NCBI RefSeq assembly: GCF_021028975.2
Contig: NC_059438.1
Span: 6,634,001-6,698,000 of the forward strand
Direction of reading: 5' to 3'
Length of the DNA: 64,000 bases
DNA from: Sphaerodactylus townsendi
Lineage: Eukaryota
Made by a program: the position numbers and the translations under genes. The notes beneath the pieces are model-generated. The model searched no databases, was not told the origin of the DNA, and saw nothing but the letters and a program-made list of their open reading frames with translations. This document shows, piece after piece, positions 38,053 through 51,270 of the stretch (position 1 is its first letter; each line of letters starts with the position of its first letter).

Positions 38053-38559
38053 TGTCTATACCTACACTTTTATGCCTTTTTTTTTTGGAAAGGGGGAGGC
38101 AATCCTTTTGGGCATTGAACCTAGATTAGGTTTGAATTTTGTTTAACCAAGTTCCCTCTCAAGCTAAATGAATGAATTCAAGCAGAAAGGATTCCTTTTC
38201 CAGTGCTATAGAAGCATGGTTTTTCTCCTTCTTCAATGAGTGAAATTGTGCAAGATTCTTAGTAAAAAATCTATAACCACCCAAGAGGTCTGTTAGAGAT
38301 GTGATATTCTGCAGTATCGTTTTCATAGTCAACATTTGCTCAGGAAAAAGGGGAGCCAAGAACCTCGTGGCCCATGTCTTTTGAGAGGGGGATGTCCCAG
38401 AAAAATATTTCACTTTACAAATGAAGCCGGGGATCAGTACGTAAATAAATGTGGGTTTGCATCATGCATTTAGCTGTACATCTGTTGACAGGTTTCTGTC
38501 ACCAAGCCACAGGGACTGCTTTTCTGTGTCATGACTCCTGTGATGGGCAGGGTTGTACA

Positions 38560-38972
38560 CAGTGGTGGGATCCAAAAAAATTAGTAACAGGTTCCCATGG
38601 TGGTGGGATTCAAACTGTGGCGTAGCGCCAATGGGGCTGGGCAAGGCACAACGGGGGCGTGGCCGGGCATTCCGGGGGTGGGGCAGTCCTGGGCGGGGGT
38701 GGGGCATTCCTGGGCGGGGCTGTGGCAAGGACGCAGCCGCTGAGCCAGTCCTTGGGTGGGAAACGGATGCACACAGGCACAGGCTGCCATGCACGCCAGT
38801 GCACCTCCTGCTAGACTGCTTCAAGTTCTGCACGCTACTGCTGAGAGGAGGGGTGTGACTAAGGCAAAAATCACGTGGCAAAATCACCAATTAGTAACCC
38901 CCTCTCGGCACGCACAAATAATTAGTAACCTACTCTCGGGAACCTGTGAGAACCTGCTGGATCCCACCTCTG
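38560..38972. mobile_element. Non-autonomous hAT element with GC-rich interior
   Basis: Ends cagtggtgggatcc / ggatcccacctctg; perfect TSD gttgtaca. Confidence 0.88.
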
Positions 38973-39484
38973 GTTGTACATCTGGAAATGTTGCAAAACA
39001 AAAACGTTGGGGAAACCACACTGCCTTTTTTTCCCTTGAAAAAAACATCAGAAGAGAAAAGTTTGGTCTCGGAGCATTTATGCACCATTTTGAAGACCAT
39101 TTTAAAACAATGGTTTCCCATTGGAGAGTATATTCATGCTGAAGCACTGGTGTACAGTCTCCTAATGATTAAGGGGAAAATAATTAATGAAAAATAGACT
39201 TTAATTACTGTAGTGAGACAAGCACCCTGAAGCAAGAGCCCACATACCTTCATGACATTTGGCGGATTTATCTTGATATCTAGACTGGGTTGGGCGATAA
39301 TTATAGCCAGAAGGGATTGTGAAAATAGCTACAGACAGTTCACTAGATCTATTTTCAGTTAGGGGTGGTACCAAAATTTGGAACTGGGAAGGAGAAGTTT
39401 AAATTAACTCCTCCAATTTGGAAAACAATGGGCCATTATGAGCTGAGCCCAAACGCTTAAAATTCAGACTTGGCTCCTAATTAA

Positions 39485-39803
39485 GAAGAGGAGGAGGAGG
39501 AAGAAGAATAATTTGGATTTATACCCTGTCTTTCCTCTCCTATAAGGAGACTCAAGGTGGCTTACAAACGCCTTTCCCTTCTTCTCCCCACAACAGACAC
39601 CTGGTGAGGCGGGTGGGGGGGGGCTGAGAGAGTTCCAAAGAACTATGACTGGCTCAAGATCACCCAACAGGCTTCATGTGGAAGAGCGGAGAAATAAATC
39701 CAGCTTACCAGATAAGAGTCCGCTACTCAAGTGAAGGAGTGGGGAATCAAACCCATTTCTCCAAATTAAAGTCCATCAGTCTTAACCACTATACCACACT
39801 GGC
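39485..39803 (-). mobile_element. Squam3-like SINE
   Basis: Head, body and tail similarity to other copies. Confidence 0.75.
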
Positions 39804-42709
39804 TTACCCTGACATCAGGCCATCCCTCCATCAGATTGTCCTATCTACTACTGGTTGTCCTCTTTTCCCAACATATACCTTGTGAAGGGAGAGATGGTGT
39901 CAGGAAGAGCTGATATGAAGGGCTACTATGACATGACCAGAGCCTGGTCTGTAGGGCATCGATGTTCCCCAAGTTGGGTTGTCAACCTCCAAGTAGTAGG
40001 TGGAGATGTCAAGCATCAGTTCAGTTGGAGAAAATGGCTGCTATGAAGAATGGGCCATATGATATTATACTCCATTGAAGCTCCTCCCCTTCTCAAAACC
40101 CACCATCCCCAGGTTCCACCCCCCAAATCTCCAGGTATTTCCTAACTCAGAGCTGGCGACCCTATACTGCATCCTTCTGAGCATGCTCAGAGAAAGTTGA
40201 CGGCTGCTTCTAGGGACCCTGGGAAATGAACCTTTCATTGCCTCTTGGCACAGTACTGAGAGATGCTGGAACCTCACTAGTGGAGATTTTCCAGTAATAA
40301 TGGATATTTCAGAGCATGCTCAAAAACATCCATAAACATTCAGGTCTTAAATATGATTAAATATTTGCACTGTAGCCCTTTCTGCCACCATTCCCCATTA
40401 ATCAAGGACACTTTTGTGAAAGAAAGGAGTAACAGAAAGAGCTGAGGAGTAGCTCCCTTAAGCGTAGCCTTTCCAAGCTTTCCCAATAGGGGTTAGTGTA
40501 TCAAGATTTTAGAACACCTCTGTTTCTTGGATGAACTTTAAACCACGGACTTAGCTGACTTGTGCAGTTGGATCACCAGCCTCAAACACAGGTTGGCAAG
40601 AAAAACTGCAGCTGAGGGATGAACAAGAGGTTACATATATTTTTAAAGAGTCATGTTAGGGTTCCTGGGGCTGGACTCCATCTTCCCACAGCCACACAGC
40701 AGCTGTGAGGAATGCCTCTTTAAAATGACTGAGAGCTGATGTCATGCCACAAAGTGTGTTGATGTTACACCAAAGTACAGCCAAGGGAGATGAGATGGTT
40801 GAATTGTGAGTCTGCATTAAATGTGCAGAGGTCTGATTTGGATCACAGCCACTGTGCAGTAGGAGCTTTAAGCCTTTCTCCATACTGTTTCACTAATCTG
40901 AAATAGTAACAGGGAATTGCTTATATGTTTCCCCAAACACATGAGTACTTTTATGCACTTGTGGTCTGCCTTACATTAAGCGCACCTTCCCTTTGAGTTG
41001 GACTCTCATTTATGTACTCATTTTGACCTCTTCAGAAGTCATTGCGCTCTCAGATCACAGAAGTTCTGTAATTTCTGAAACCAGGCAAAGTGCAACTTTC
41101 CCTTCACAGGCAAGGTGAAGAGAATTAGGATGTGTTAAGCTTCCTTTGGGTTTTCCAGCTCCACTCAGTCTTTCCCTGCCCACACAAAAGCTCTTCCCAG
41201 GATCCAAAAGGCCATGTAAAAATTTTTTTGAACTGGACGTCTATCGATAATGAAATAGAGCCATGAAATTGACATGGAGACCCAAGCCAGCATGAAAGGT
41301 GGCAGGCAACCCCCCCGCCACTCCCCTGGGAGGTTGCATGAAAACCAAAAGGAAATGACAGGCAGGCAAAATGGCGGAACAGATTGGTGCAGCTGGGGAC
41401 ACTTCGCAGCAGGATATTTCCCCTGCAAAATGAAGACCATAGGAAAACCACAGTGAAGCAAATCACAAACTGTAAGTGCACAAAAGGCCAGTGGTTTCCT
41501 GGAGCTTTCTCAGGTTGGGCAGGGGCACATGATGTGAGAGGGAAGGGTAACCCCTTGCAGCTGAAACATATCCCTGCATGCGTGATAACTAAAGAGAAAC
41601 AAATGGCGGAAACTCCAGATGCAGAATTCCCAGCGTCTTGTCTGGTTTCTGCCACTGAAGAACTTCCAGTGGTAATCACATTTGCATCAAAACAAATGTG
41701 GGGAAAATTGCTGCCAAGTGGCAAAACCTCTGTGCAGAAGCAATCCACACATCCTTAAGTAAGCCTGCTTCTCTCTGCCTCCTCCCAATATGAATTTCTG
41801 CCTGTCAACTGAGCCTGAATTGGAAAGGTGGCATCTGTAGCCGGTTTATTTGTTTTTTCTTAAACAAAATCTGTGATTCAAGCTTTAGTTGTTGAATCAC
41901 GCCGGCAATCTGAGCAGGTTTTCCCCCCAAACGGACTTTCTTCGGTGGTTCTCTTCCCACCCCTCCTCTTCTCTCCAAATATTATTTCCAACAAGATGTC
42001 TTCTGTTGTTATTCTGTACTCTTCTCTTCCCTGTTCCGCTTTGCTTTGATCTAAATTTATCTCCTTCCCACGCAGCGCGCTCAGGCATCTCTTCTTTTTT
42101 ACTACTGTAAATTAATTATACGGGCAATGCAAGATCATGAAAATCTGCTTGCTGACAATATTTTTTATGCCGGCGTATCAAATTTCATTTCACTGTACTT
42201 AGCTTGCAGTCCTTGCCCCTGCTTTCTGGCTTGAGCTGCTATCTCCCCTGGGTCCGGATTTGCTCTCTAATATGATGTTCTTTGCATCCTCTTATATTAT
42301 GAATGTGTTTCCCAACAAATGGGAAAGGGGGAGAGAGTGTATGCACCGCACACCTCTGCTGCAATTAAGGTAGATTTGCTTCATTTTGATTGCTCCCTGG
42401 GTGCTTGTTTATCTCTTTGCCTCCCCACCCCCACCCCCAAGTAATGCAGAAGCATTTCTGCGGTGCAAAGTCAGGATCGGCAAAGGAACGAACAGGCTGG
42501 TTCAGCTTGCAAACTGGGATGCCTGAAACTCTCAGAGAAATTAAAAGTAGTGCCTCTTTGGATCGGTCCAGATATTGCACTGTGGAGTTGGAGCTGTTTT
42601 ATTAAGCTCCGTGGTGCAGAACGATAAGCTGCAGTACTGCAGTCAAAGTTCTGCTCACAACCTGAGTTCAGCCCCATTGAAAGTTGGTATCAGGTAGCTG
42701 GCTCAAGAT

Positions 42710-43013
42710 TTGGCTGACCAGACGTCCCGCTTTTGGCGGGACAGTCCCGCCTTAAAACAATTAGTCCCGCGTCCCACGGGTTTTTTCAAGTGCCCCTATT
42801 TTTGGAAGGCTGCTGCACTGCCTTCTGGGGTGCAAGGCAGTGCGGCAGCCTCCCACGTGCGCAGCCGCAGGAGCGCACGGCCTTCTGGGGCGCTCCCGTT
42901 TCCCGCCCTGTGACAGGGTGGGAAACAGGAGCGCCCCAGAAGGCAGTGCGCTCGTGCGCGCAGCCATCTACCTGCCCGACCCGATTCACAAAGATGACCA
43001 TCTGGTCACCTTA
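42710..43013. mobile_element. Non-autonomous hAT element (TAGGGTGACC-type TIR)
   Basis: 8-bp TSD ctcaagat (42702-42709 / 43014-43021); ends ttggctgaccagacgtc / catctggtcacctta. Confidence 0.8.
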
Positions 43014-43064
43014 CTCAAGATTGACTCAGCCTTCCATTCTTCCAAGGTCAGTAACAACAACAAT

Positions 43065-43392
43065 GGAGCAGCAGTGGCGAAGTGGGTAAGAGCATGGGTA
43101 CTCTAATCTGGAGGAACCAGGTTTGATTCCCCACTCTGCTGCTTGAGCTGTGGAGGTTTATCTGGGGAATTCAGATTAGCCTGTGCACTCCAACACGTGC
43201 CAGCTGAGTGACCTAGGGCTAGTCACAGTTCTTTGGAGCTCTCTCAGCCCCACCTATCTTACAGGTTGTTTGTTGTGAGGGGGGAAGGGAAAGGAGTTTG
43301 TAAGCTCCTTTGAGAAAGGGGGGATATAAATCCAACTCTTCTTCTTCTTCTTCTTCTTCTTCTTCTTCTTCTTCTTCTTCTTCTTCTTCTTC
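43065..43392 (+). mobile_element. Squam3-like SINE with long (CTT)n tail
   Basis: Inserted within the tail of the LINE fragment. Confidence 0.8.
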
Positions 43393-43669
43393 TTTATTGG
43401 CATATGAAAACAAAAAATTACAAAACAGATATGTATAATGAAGAAAAATTACAAGTGAGAAAAAACACGATTCGAAGTCACTGTTCTCAAGAATGAAATT
43501 TGCAACATTCTCACCAAAAAGCGCATCAGAACTATTCAGGAGATATGGAATTTTATAACACTCTTGCCATTGGGAACACTGCAAAAAAAATAAAGTTCAT
43601 ATATTTCATCCATATCTTATCATATCTGGGGCATACAAAAAAAATGGTCAAGTGTTTTGACAGTAACCT
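43393..43669 (-). mobile_element. 5'-truncated non-LTR retrotransposon 3' end (zinc-knuckle-like C-terminus)
   Basis: Minus strand reads approximately TLDH..CPRYD...YLLNSSD..VANFI, then AATAAA. The whole insert 43055-43669 is flanked by TSD aaggtcagtaa. Confidence 0.6.
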
Positions 43670-44389
43670 AAGGTCAGTAAAATGAGTACCTGCCTTGCTG
43701 GGGGTTAATGTAGACTACCGAGGAAGGCACAAAACACCAAGTCTGCCTAGTAAATCCTATGATGTGATGTCACCCCATGGGTCAGTAATGACCCAGTGCT
43801 TGCACAGAGGACTTAACTTTACATTTACTAACTTGTTTATGAAAATGCAGGGTGAAACTTCATGCATCACAGGCAGTCCTGTGATTTTTTTTCCAAATAT
43901 TTTTAAAGCAGCTTTCAATGGTGTGATTTAAAGGGGGAGACGTGCATGGGGAGGAGTCTTTTCAACTTGTAGGGTCATTTTCATGCTGAAAAAGATCCTC
44001 CAATCTGTTTTATCCCTCTTGGGGAATACATGCTGGTGCTGGTCCTTCCTCTTCACTACTAAAAGGATCCAAAGGGGAGATGAGATGCGGTATTTTGTCT
44101 GAGCAAAATTCTAGGTCCATTCCCAGAGTCTTCTGGGGGCAAAGAAAATTTCCTCTGCCACTGAAGTGACTTGGGCGGTTCAGATCCTCACGTTGGACAG
44201 ACCACACCCTCATGCTTGGTTTTTTTGGAGTTTTGTCCCATCCCTATAGATGCTGCAAAGATTTAGGGAGGGCAGGAGTTCCACATTCCACCAGTACCAA
44301 ATCAGTAGGGCAGCGATCCCTGACGTGGTGCTTATTCAGTGACATGTTTCTTGACACCTGTTTCCTTCTTCACAGCAAAAGCCAGTCTT

Positions 44390-44536
44390 GGGCCCCATCC
44401 GCATATGCAGAATAATGCACTTTCAATCCACTTCCACAATTGTTTGCAAGTGGATGTTGCTATTCCGCACAGTAAAATCCAGCTGCAAAGTGCATTGGAA
44501 GTGGATTGAAAGTGCATTATTCTGCATGTGCGAAAA
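44390..44536. mobile_element. PIF/Harbinger-like MITE related to 63821-63961
   Basis: Inverted arms gcatatgcagaataatgcactttcaa / ttgaaagtgcattattctgcatgtgcg. Confidence 0.7.
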
Positions 44537-45065
44537 CTTGGCTTTGTCAGACTGATAGGCCCACAAAGTTCATGTTTACAATCTGAGAGTGATTTTTGAA
44601 TACAATATTTGCCTAGGTGTTAATGATCTGTGTCCCACAATATCTAGGCTACACCAGCTTCCGATGTAGGCAAGGGCTCGTGAGTTGTATTGCTCCTCAG
44701 CACATAGAAAACTGCCTTCCCATGACATTCATCTTTCTTTATAAAGTTCCCTTATACAGAGCAGCATTCATGTTCAGGTGATACAGGCACAGATTTATCT
44801 CTTCACTGGGACAAGGCTCAGTTGAGAAACACCTTATAAGTGAAAAAATAATTATCAATAATAAATAAGTCTCTTGGCACCTTAATGAGTAACTACTTTA
44901 TCATGGTGTCAGCTTTACAGCAGGCTCTGACTGACAAAAATTTATGCCACGATGAATGTATCAATCTTCAAAGTGCCATGAGATTCTTTATGGTTTACTA
45001 ACATCTGCAGTGTACTAACATTGTTACCTTAAGCCATTACACACCTGATTTCAGTTTATTTCAAT

Positions 45066-45327
45066 CAGAGGTGTATCTAGGTGTATCCAGGGAAAATGTA
45101 GTCCAGGGCAAAATTTGAGTTTTCTGCCCTTTCCTCTGTATGGGTGGCTGCCCTCCCCCCCACAACCAAACAATGGCTTTTTGCACCAGGTCTTGAATCA
45201 GTGTATAGACCTAGGGGGAAGGAGAAGGGATGTGGGGGCAATTCCCCCCCCCCCATGTGACTAAATGGCTGCAGCCTGGGGACATTTGACCTCATGTGTC
45301 CCCCTTGGGGGGGTGGGTATGCCCCTG
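45066..45327 (+). mobile_element. hAT MITE, same family as 57556-57802
   Basis: TSD atttcaat / atttcagt; collinear similarity. Confidence 0.8.
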
Positions 45328-45454
45328 ATTTCAGTAGACTTTGAGGGTGTGACTCTATTGAGGATTGCCCTGTAATGCAGCTATCGTTCTGGAATTTCTC
45401 ATTCTTAGCAATTTCAGTAAGCCATTTTGAGTTAGTCCAGGTAACTATTGTTTG

Positions 45455-45772
45455 TGTGTAATGTGCTGTCAAGCCTCTTCAGACTTATGGCAATCCTATG
45501 AATTTATGACCTCTAAAACTTCCAATTACTGACAGCCTTGCACAGGTCTTGCAAACTGCAGACCGGGCTTCCTTTATTGAGTCAGTCCATTTCCTGTTGG
45601 ATCTTCCTCTTTTTCTACAGTCTTCAATTCTTCCTAATACTGTTGCCTAGTCTTCTCCATGGACCAGGTCTGAAGAGCTGAGCAAGGCTGTAAAGATTGG
45701 GCCTTTGGGTGGCTGTTAATTCATAGGGTCCCCATGTGTTAGAAGCAACTTGTCGGCACTTAACATACACAC
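45455..45772. mobile_element. RTE-clade (BovB-like) 3' end fragments in inverted arrangement
   Basis: Tail-like ends gtgtaatgtgctgtcaag..cttatggcaatcctatga and tcatagggtcccc..acttgtcggcacttaacatacac. Confidence 0.45.
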
Positions 45773-46283
45773 TTGTCTTCTCACAATGGGATCAAAGTAT
45801 TGTAGTCTCGGTTAAGTAATTTTAGCTTCTGGGAAGTATTTGATCTGGACTCCACCTTCTCACTATTATTTACCAAATGGTAATTTTTGTCAGTTTGATT
45901 GATCTTCTGTCTTGTCCCTTCTGTGGATTTCTGATCAGGTACAGGATGGTCAGACTCACCTTTGCACTTGGAATGGCAGTAAAGGTGACTGATTTTTTCC
46001 TTGGGTCGCATCTGGGAAATGGAGAGGGGCTGCTGGATCATTATTCTTAGGCACAACTTCGGCTATGTAATTTATTGACAGCTATTTGTCAGTTATTTTG
46101 AGATGTGTTTTTCCAGTGTGAGATTATTAGATATTAGGGCTGCTATCTCTGATATAGGAAATTTCTGGAGATTTGGGGGATAGAGTCTGGTAGAGCAGGG
46201 CATGGAGAGAGACCTTGGCAAGGTATAGTATCATAGAGCCTACTCGCCAGATCAGCCAATTTCTACAGGGGATCATTTGGAGC

Positions 46284-46408
46284 CAGAGTGTCCAACCTAT
46301 GGCGTTCCAGATGTCCATGGACTACAATTCCCAATTGGCCATGCTGGCAGGAGCTGATGGGAATTGTAGTCCATGAACATCTGGAGCACCATAGGTTGGA
46401 CACCCCTG
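46284..46408. mobile_element. Palindromic hAT MITE nested in a TAGGGTTGCCA-family element, just upstream of NECAB2 exon 2
   Basis: Ends cagagtgtccaacctatgg / ccataggttggacacccctg with actacaattccc core. Confidence 0.75.
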
Positions 46409-46574
46409 ATCTAGAGATTTGTTATAATTCCAGGTAATGTCCAGATACCACCTGGAGACTGGCAGCCATATTATCTGTCTTTTCAAGGTAAAAGAATTGT
46501 TCCTGCTCGAAACTTTTGCATTGTAACAGATGATCTATGAAATACAATAAATATGTATTTTTCTTTCATTTTAG

Positions 46575-46599
46575 ATCTTCAGACGAGCTGACAAAAATG
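46575..46599 (+). CDS. NECAB2: NECAB2 coding exon 2 (25-nt microexon, IFRRADKN-D, start of EF-hand 1)
   Basis: ttttctttcattttag|ATCTTCAGACGAGCTGACAAAAATG|gtaagt. In phase with exon 1, giving VILD-IFRRADKN(D), the conserved NECAB EF-hand entry. Confidence 0.95.
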
Positions 46600-47662
46600 G
46601 TAAGTGGACATATTTATTTTGCTATTTTTTTACCTTTTTCTTTTTATGCCGGTCTTTCTCTTAGAAATGGCTGAATGTGGGTTTCAGGTTTTTTAACAAA
46701 TACATTGTATCATTAATGTATTCACTTAGGATAATTCTATGCTGCCGCTTCAGAGTTGTGCTCCAGCCAGGTTACAATTAAAATGTTAGAGGATAACAAT
46801 TAAAGCATATAACACAGGATAAAACAACTTCAGATGATGGCAAACCTGTATCTACTGCAAGGTCTGTCAATATAATTTATGTTGTGTAGTCATAGTAGAA
46901 GCATATTTTTCATATTCAGTTGACAGGAATGTGCATGCACTTTAAAACAAATGAAAAAAATCTGTGTGTGTGGGAAATCTTCCATTGCTTATTTGGAAAG
47001 TCCTTTCATTTCACTGGTACACGGCAATCTATTTTAGAAAGTAGAACCAGACTTCAGGCTGAGAAGGACATAGAAATTGTCAAGATAGATTAAACTGGCA
47101 GGGAAGCTTTCCAATCATCACATAAAAACAAGTTCTTGTAATGGAATTCTCTTTCTACTAGTTGGCTCGGGTACTTGCAGATGGAGCAGATTTCTTGATT
47201 TAATGTGAATATCAACAAAAGCAGTCTTTGCTGAGTTACACCTGTTCTTTTTGAGAATCCCCCCCCCCCCGATTCTTTTGGATACGTTGCAATAGGAAGT
47301 GCATAGGTTTTTTCAACATTCTCTCTGGCGTAACACTGGGATAACAGTCACTGGTTAATTAGTTAAAGCCTGTCTTGAAAGGGTTTTGTCTTGTGCTTCC
47401 TGGCAGTGTGAATTTTAGTCATTTCCAGCAAGTATTCAAAAAGTATGTCTTGTGAGCACGAGCAAGAGATAGGGAGGTCTGCCAGCCTCTTCCAAGTCCA
47501 AAGCTGGAGTTTCTTCCTGGGGCTCCCAAATATCAGCTCTGCTTCCTCTGCCCTATTACTTGTTTACTTGTGAGAGTTCAGTGACAATAGAGTCCACTCT
47601 AGTGCACTGCTGCCTGTCCTTCTGCAGTGCTTCAGACCACTGTGTCCTACTGGCTGTCTTCC

Positions 47663-48101
47663 TGGAGGGCTACCAAAATGGTAAAAGGTTTGGAATCCAT
47701 GTCCTACGAGGAGAGACTTAGTGAGTTGGGTATGTTTAGTTTGGTGAAGAGAAGGTTCAGAGGAGACATAATAGCCATGTTTAGATATTTGAAGGGATGT
47801 CATGTTGGTGAGGGAACAAGCTTATTTTCTGCGGTTCCAGAGACTAGGACCAGGAGTCATGGGTTCAAGGTAAAGGAAAAGAGATTCCACCTAAACATTA
47901 GAAGAAACTTCCTGACAGTAAGGGCTGTTCGACAGTGGAATGCGCTACCTTGGAGTGTGGTGGAGTCTCCTTCTTTGGAGGTTTTTACAGAGAGGATCAA
48001 TGGCCATCTGACAGGAGTGCTTTGCTTGTGTGTTCCTGCATTGCAGGGGGGTGGACTTGATGGCTCTTGGGGACTCTTCCAGCTCTATGAGTCTATGATT
48101 C
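47663..48101 (+). mobile_element. CR1 LINE 3' fragment
   Basis: [26 protein letters not shown]...RRNFLTVRAVRQWNALP with ctatgagtctatgatt tail; same subfamily as 1431-1860. Confidence 0.92.
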
Positions 48102-50629
48102 CTGTGGGTGGAAGTAAAGCAGCTTGCTTCATATCCCCTCTACCTTGGCCCAATGGCTCAAAATTCCAAAATGCAAGTCACTGCCAGCTATGTTACACTG
48201 CTGTCTTCTGTGGAGTCAGGTGTCCCCCTCTGCACTCTTCTGATCCTCTACAGGTGATACCTCAGCTTAGGAAAGCTAGGGAGGATTGTGTGGTTGCCAA
48301 TTAACTGCTGCTGCGAAAGGTCACTCTGCTTATCGTATATATCTGAGCGTAGCTGAAATGTCACAGTCTGCATCTTCTGCTTTTCATGTTGGAATTTCAC
48401 ACAAGCCCTGCCAACTGAGGATATGCTTCACACATCTGATGAAACAAACTCTAATCCGCAAAAGCTGCCCTTAGTCTTTAAAGTGCTAGAAGATTCATCA
48501 TTGTTTTCAAGGAAGTACTACTCTTGAGGCCCAAGATATTCTGGTGAACCCAATACACGTGTAGTTAAACAGTAAACTTAAATTTTCCCAACGAAGCAAA
48601 CAGTGGATCCATAAGACTGTTTTAGGTTGGGAAAATGGGAAGGCTTCAGCCTTCTCATGTGCCTCTAAAATGGGACCCTGCTTGCCTGAGAAATAAGTTT
48701 CAGCGTGAAATTCCCATTACTGTTTGGTTTGACAGGAGCTGAGGCAGACTCGTCAACAGTGTAACATGTAGATAGACTCTAGATATGTGCAGGGATTTTT
48801 AAAAAAACTGTTGTTTGGAGAGAATAAGTCAGTCATGGATGTCAGACAGAGATTTATCACCTGAGTGGGAACTCGACCTTGAAAAGCCAAACAGGCGAAG
48901 TGGGTATCTATTCATTCGCTGTATCCTTCTCTCTATTTGGACCTGGCTTTTGACACACACACAGGTAGAGCTGTTCTGAAAAGACTGGTTGCCTTCTTCA
49001 GCAGAGTGTGGTTCAGGGAATTGCTCCATTTGGGGGGAATTACTTTTGAAAGGGGCTACAATATTGATGTAACTGCAATAACAGCAGTATAGATATCAGG
49101 ATTTAAAGGGTTTTAACAAAGCCAGCTGTGACACACTGCGGTAGAAATGTGTATTTTATTAAAGACTAGTTCTGTTAAAGTTCTGGTAACAGAACTGAGG
49201 GAAAGTGCTTTCAAACAGATGCTACCTTGTTTCTGAAGCAACTCAGTCCCTGAAAGGAAAAGGCAAGAAAAACAGAGTGAATGATTTCCCTGCCTTGGTG
49301 ATATCGAAGGTTGAAGTGGGTATCAGACACACCAAGAATGTTGCGACTGCTGGGAGTGATGAGATCTGTGCCTTTAAGAGTGAGTTGATGGGTGGAGTTA
49401 AGAGAACCAGGACAAGTACAGACCCAGGAGAGTTCAGAAGGCAAGGCCCACTTAGTCAATTGAGTACCTCCTTGCGTATAAACAGAGAAACGTGAGGAGA
49501 CCCTGCGACAACCCCACTGCTCAGCGACGACCCCTGAAGTAAATATTCCATTCATAATGGGCCTTTGAGGTTTTTTTAAATCATTTTTTGTTTCCTTGCA
49601 TTGATTTTTCCCCTCCAAATGATACATTAAAAATATTTTACCTTCTCAATAGGCATTATATATTTTTTTATTTTATGCATTATTCGATTTCTTCATCGCT
49701 CTCCCGTTACAACAGGGTTAGAGTGGTTTGCAACTTCCAATGTCAACCAGACCAATATAGCAGTAAAACAAATAATCAAACATATACATTATATGTGTAA
49801 ATGACATGTGGTGTACATATAAATATCATATCAATCACACATAAGACTGCACAGTATGATTATGTGGTTTGAATGAGCCTGCTAAACCATTAAACAGAGA
49901 ATCAAAAAGCAAAGACTCAAAACCCTGGATGGAATTATAAATGGATATAAAAAGAAATGCAGTGAGGGTTGCCTGCTGATCCCGAGATATGACCCTACAT
50001 GTAACTAGCCATTGAAAACGAGCCATCTAGCAGTTTTGGAGCTTGCTACCAGATGGTATAACGGGGAATTCAGAGAGGTCCAGATGATAAAATGGATAGT
50101 TACATAAACTCTAGTAATATGCAAGTGGGAAACTTCTTTTTCTCTCCTCACATTTAAAAATAAACCGCAGCTGTGTGAATGATTTATCGTTACATAATTG
50201 GAGAGTTGTATGTTCCCCTCAACCAAATATCTCCAACTGCATTTATGTTTTCTTGCTAGCTGGCTGTAGGTCGTAGGTTGTTCCTGTCCTCCTCTGCCAT
50301 TGCTGCCCTGGTGCTAAAGTTAAGGGGAAATGCCACCTCTCGAAAGCTTTACCACCTCCAGAAATCGAATCTTCATACTCTGTGACAGGACCCATTTAAA
50401 AGGCAGATTGATAATCATCTTGCAAACTGGGTGGCTTGCTGTGATCACCTTGGTATGACATAATGCCATAAAGTCTACCTTCCAAAACAGCCATTTCCTC
50501 TGGGAGAAGTAGAATAAACAAATTCACAGACAGTAAATAAGTGATTTATGTAGCCTGGAGATCAGTTGTAAGCCTAACAATCCTCCTTTCAATATATAGT
50601 CAATGTATATATTCAATATATATCTGAAG

Positions 50630-51270
50630 AATATCCAATGGATCTGGCCGCCCAATTTTGAATTGGTCGTTTCTGGGCAAGGTAGTTGAGAGAGTGGTTG
50701 TGGAACCCCTACAGACATTTCTGGAGGACTCATCAATGCTGGATTCCTTCCAGACCAACTTCCATCCTGGCCACGGGGTGGAGACTATACTGGTCACCAT
50801 TACGGATGAGCTCTGGTTACTGTTAGACCAAAGTGGGTCAGTGCTGCTGGTGTTATTAGATCTCATCGCAGCTTTTGACATGGTTGATCAAGATCTTTTG
50901 ACATGGTTGATCAAGCCGCACTGATGCTGGGATTTGAGGTACAACTTAGAACTGGTTGACCTTGTTTCTTCAGGACCGAGGACAGCCGGTGTCACTGGGG
51001 TGGGGAGTCATCAGCCCCTGCTTATTTGCAGGGTTCTGCAGGGGGCTCCCCTCTCTCCAATATTGTTTAATATCTACATGTGGTCCCTGGCACGGCTGGT
51101 CCAGAGCTTTGGGCTGGGTTGTCACCAATATGTGAATGATACCAGGCTTGTTATGTTGATGGAGAACCAGCCAGCTGCTGACCCAGATGTTCTGGCAAAG
51201 TGCTTGGAGGTCATGGCTGGATGGTTGAGAAAGTGAAGGGTGAGGTTAAATCCATCAAAGACGGCGGTCC
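50630..51270 (+). mobile_element. L2-clade LINE reverse transcriptase fragment (degenerate)
   Basis: FLGKVVERVV..LQTFL..SMLDSFQTNFHPGHGVET..LLVLLDLIAAFDMVD and VLQGAPLSPILFNIYM..HQYVNDT; frameshifted. L2-like 3' end near 51545-51615. Confidence 0.88.

Larger units (their letters stand above)
42606..43828 (+). mobile_element. Sauria SINE-like element split by two insertions
   Basis: tRNA-like head gctccgtggtgcagaacgataagctgcagtactgcag, body gttgactcagccttccat..aaggtcagtaaaatgagtacc, and tail tgcacagaggacttaactttacattta. Confidence 0.75.

Noticed and set aside
37501-38146. ORFs of 188-205 aa
   Set aside because: Artefacts of N runs.
47627-48304. 225-aa ORF as a host gene
   Set aside because: CR1 ORF2 C-terminal remnant with flanking read-through.
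49650-50330. Possible LINE 3' fragment on the minus strand
   Set aside because: Only a weak ARF motif; no tail or TSD could be established.
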